A stretch of 63,973 nucleotides of DNA, counting the filler, from Phoronis australis (taxonomy: Eukaryota; Animalia; Phoronida), in NCBI GenBank assembly GCA_002633005.1. It is 4 parts of 4 records of this genome, joined end to end, with 100 filler letters (N's around TTAATTAATTAA, not from the genome) between each part and the next. Parts side by side here need not be neighbours in the genome. Positions count along the whole stretch, not along the records: positions 60,619 to 63,973 come from NMRA01003072.1; 3 more parts are not named here. One strand, written 5' to 3'. Numbering within the stretch: the first letter of the stretch is position 1; each line of letters begins with the position of its first letter. A program made the translations under genes and the position numbers. A model generated the notes under the pieces. The model did no database searches. It saw only the letters and a program-made list of their open reading frames with translations, and was not told the origin of the DNA. Shown piece after piece: positions 63,087 through 63,973 of this stretch.

Positions 63087-63302
63087 CATTAATGCACCAG
63101 CACATCCCTAATGATCCTGACCGTGACAGGTATTAACAGGTCATTAATAACAAACACCAGTACATCCCCAACCATCATGTCCTTTACAAGTATTACAGGT
63201 CATTAATAACAAACACCAGCATATCTGTAATGATCCAACCAATTACAAGTATTATTGGTAATAATAACAAAAATCCCAATGATCCTGTCCGTAACAGGTA
63301 AT
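63087..63302 (+). repeat. intronic degenerate tandem repeat, ~60-bp period, 3-4 copies
   Basis: Recurring caggtcattaataacaaacaccag.acatc and aatgatcctg.ccgt.acaggta. Confidence 0.75.
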
Positions 63303-63973
63303 GAGAGAAGCACTGTGAATTCATTAAGTCAAAGTGGCAGACCACCGTGATATGACATCACTACCAAAGCAACATACAAAAGTCAATGAACAGTTATATG
63401 GACAGGATCAATAGTAAAGACGAGAAAAAATACCACTGATATTAGAACAAGCATTTTCAAATACAGTCTTCTGATATAAATCACTCACCACAGCCAAATC
63501 CAATGTCATAGCAATTGGAAAATCCACAAATCCAAAGCAACAAATCCGCTGTAATCTGCCATGTAAATGCCTATAGGCTTTAATTTTTTCACAATGCAGA
63601 AAGTTGGGGACGAGCACTATATTGGACACAGGTGTTTATACATGTCCACTAATTCAGCATATGTCCAGCTGACCAGCAGACAGGTAGATTAGCTCTCTTT
63701 AGTTTTTTTACCATTCGAGTACTCGCTCACCTTCCAGACGTGTTTTTCAAGAAATATTAAAAAAATGCGTCATTTTGAAAACACTTAACCAAATTTGCAT
63801 CGGAATGAGTAGGCGTTAAAATGAGCACCCCTCGATTAGTAATGAACTTCATTAAAAAGTTGAGGGTGGGTGTTAAAATGAGTAGTGGGTCTAAACAAGG
63901 CAGAATACAGTCATTAGCAGTCATACTCTTCCATTTCATGCCAGAACTGACTAAAAGTCGAGTCTTAATTCAT

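Overview
This is AT-rich, intron-containing animal genomic DNA (probably a marine invertebrate; inference) from a draft assembly, with three 100-bp scaffold spacers and one 784-bp N gap. No prokaryotic features, CRISPR arrays, rRNA or tRNA genes were seen. Host genes are three minus-strand exons of a PTPN3/PTPN4-type phosphatase around the PDZ domain (60650-62807), three clear exons of a rolling stone-like (FAR-17a/AIG1 family) membrane protein (51438-53840), a probable first exon of a secreted protein, and candidate phase-0 exons of an unknown plus-strand gene inside a local duplication. Most of the rest is mobile or repetitive: two THAP-bearing Kolobok-like elements, a decayed hAT element, two Academ elements, a Mag-clade Gypsy retrotransposon with a 91-bp LTR, four Helentron-associated (HINE-like) elements and tandem Helitron-like copies. 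A ~23-kb array of diverged ~1.9-kb units contains many of these insertions. The most notable signals are a 95-bp TSD-flanked insertion that is little more than a minimal hammerhead ribozyme (plus a second, variant one), the long-period array, a triplicated splice acceptor in the PTPN4-like gene, and apparent 3'-flank capture by a HINE. All family assignments come from reading motifs by eye; no database searches were run.
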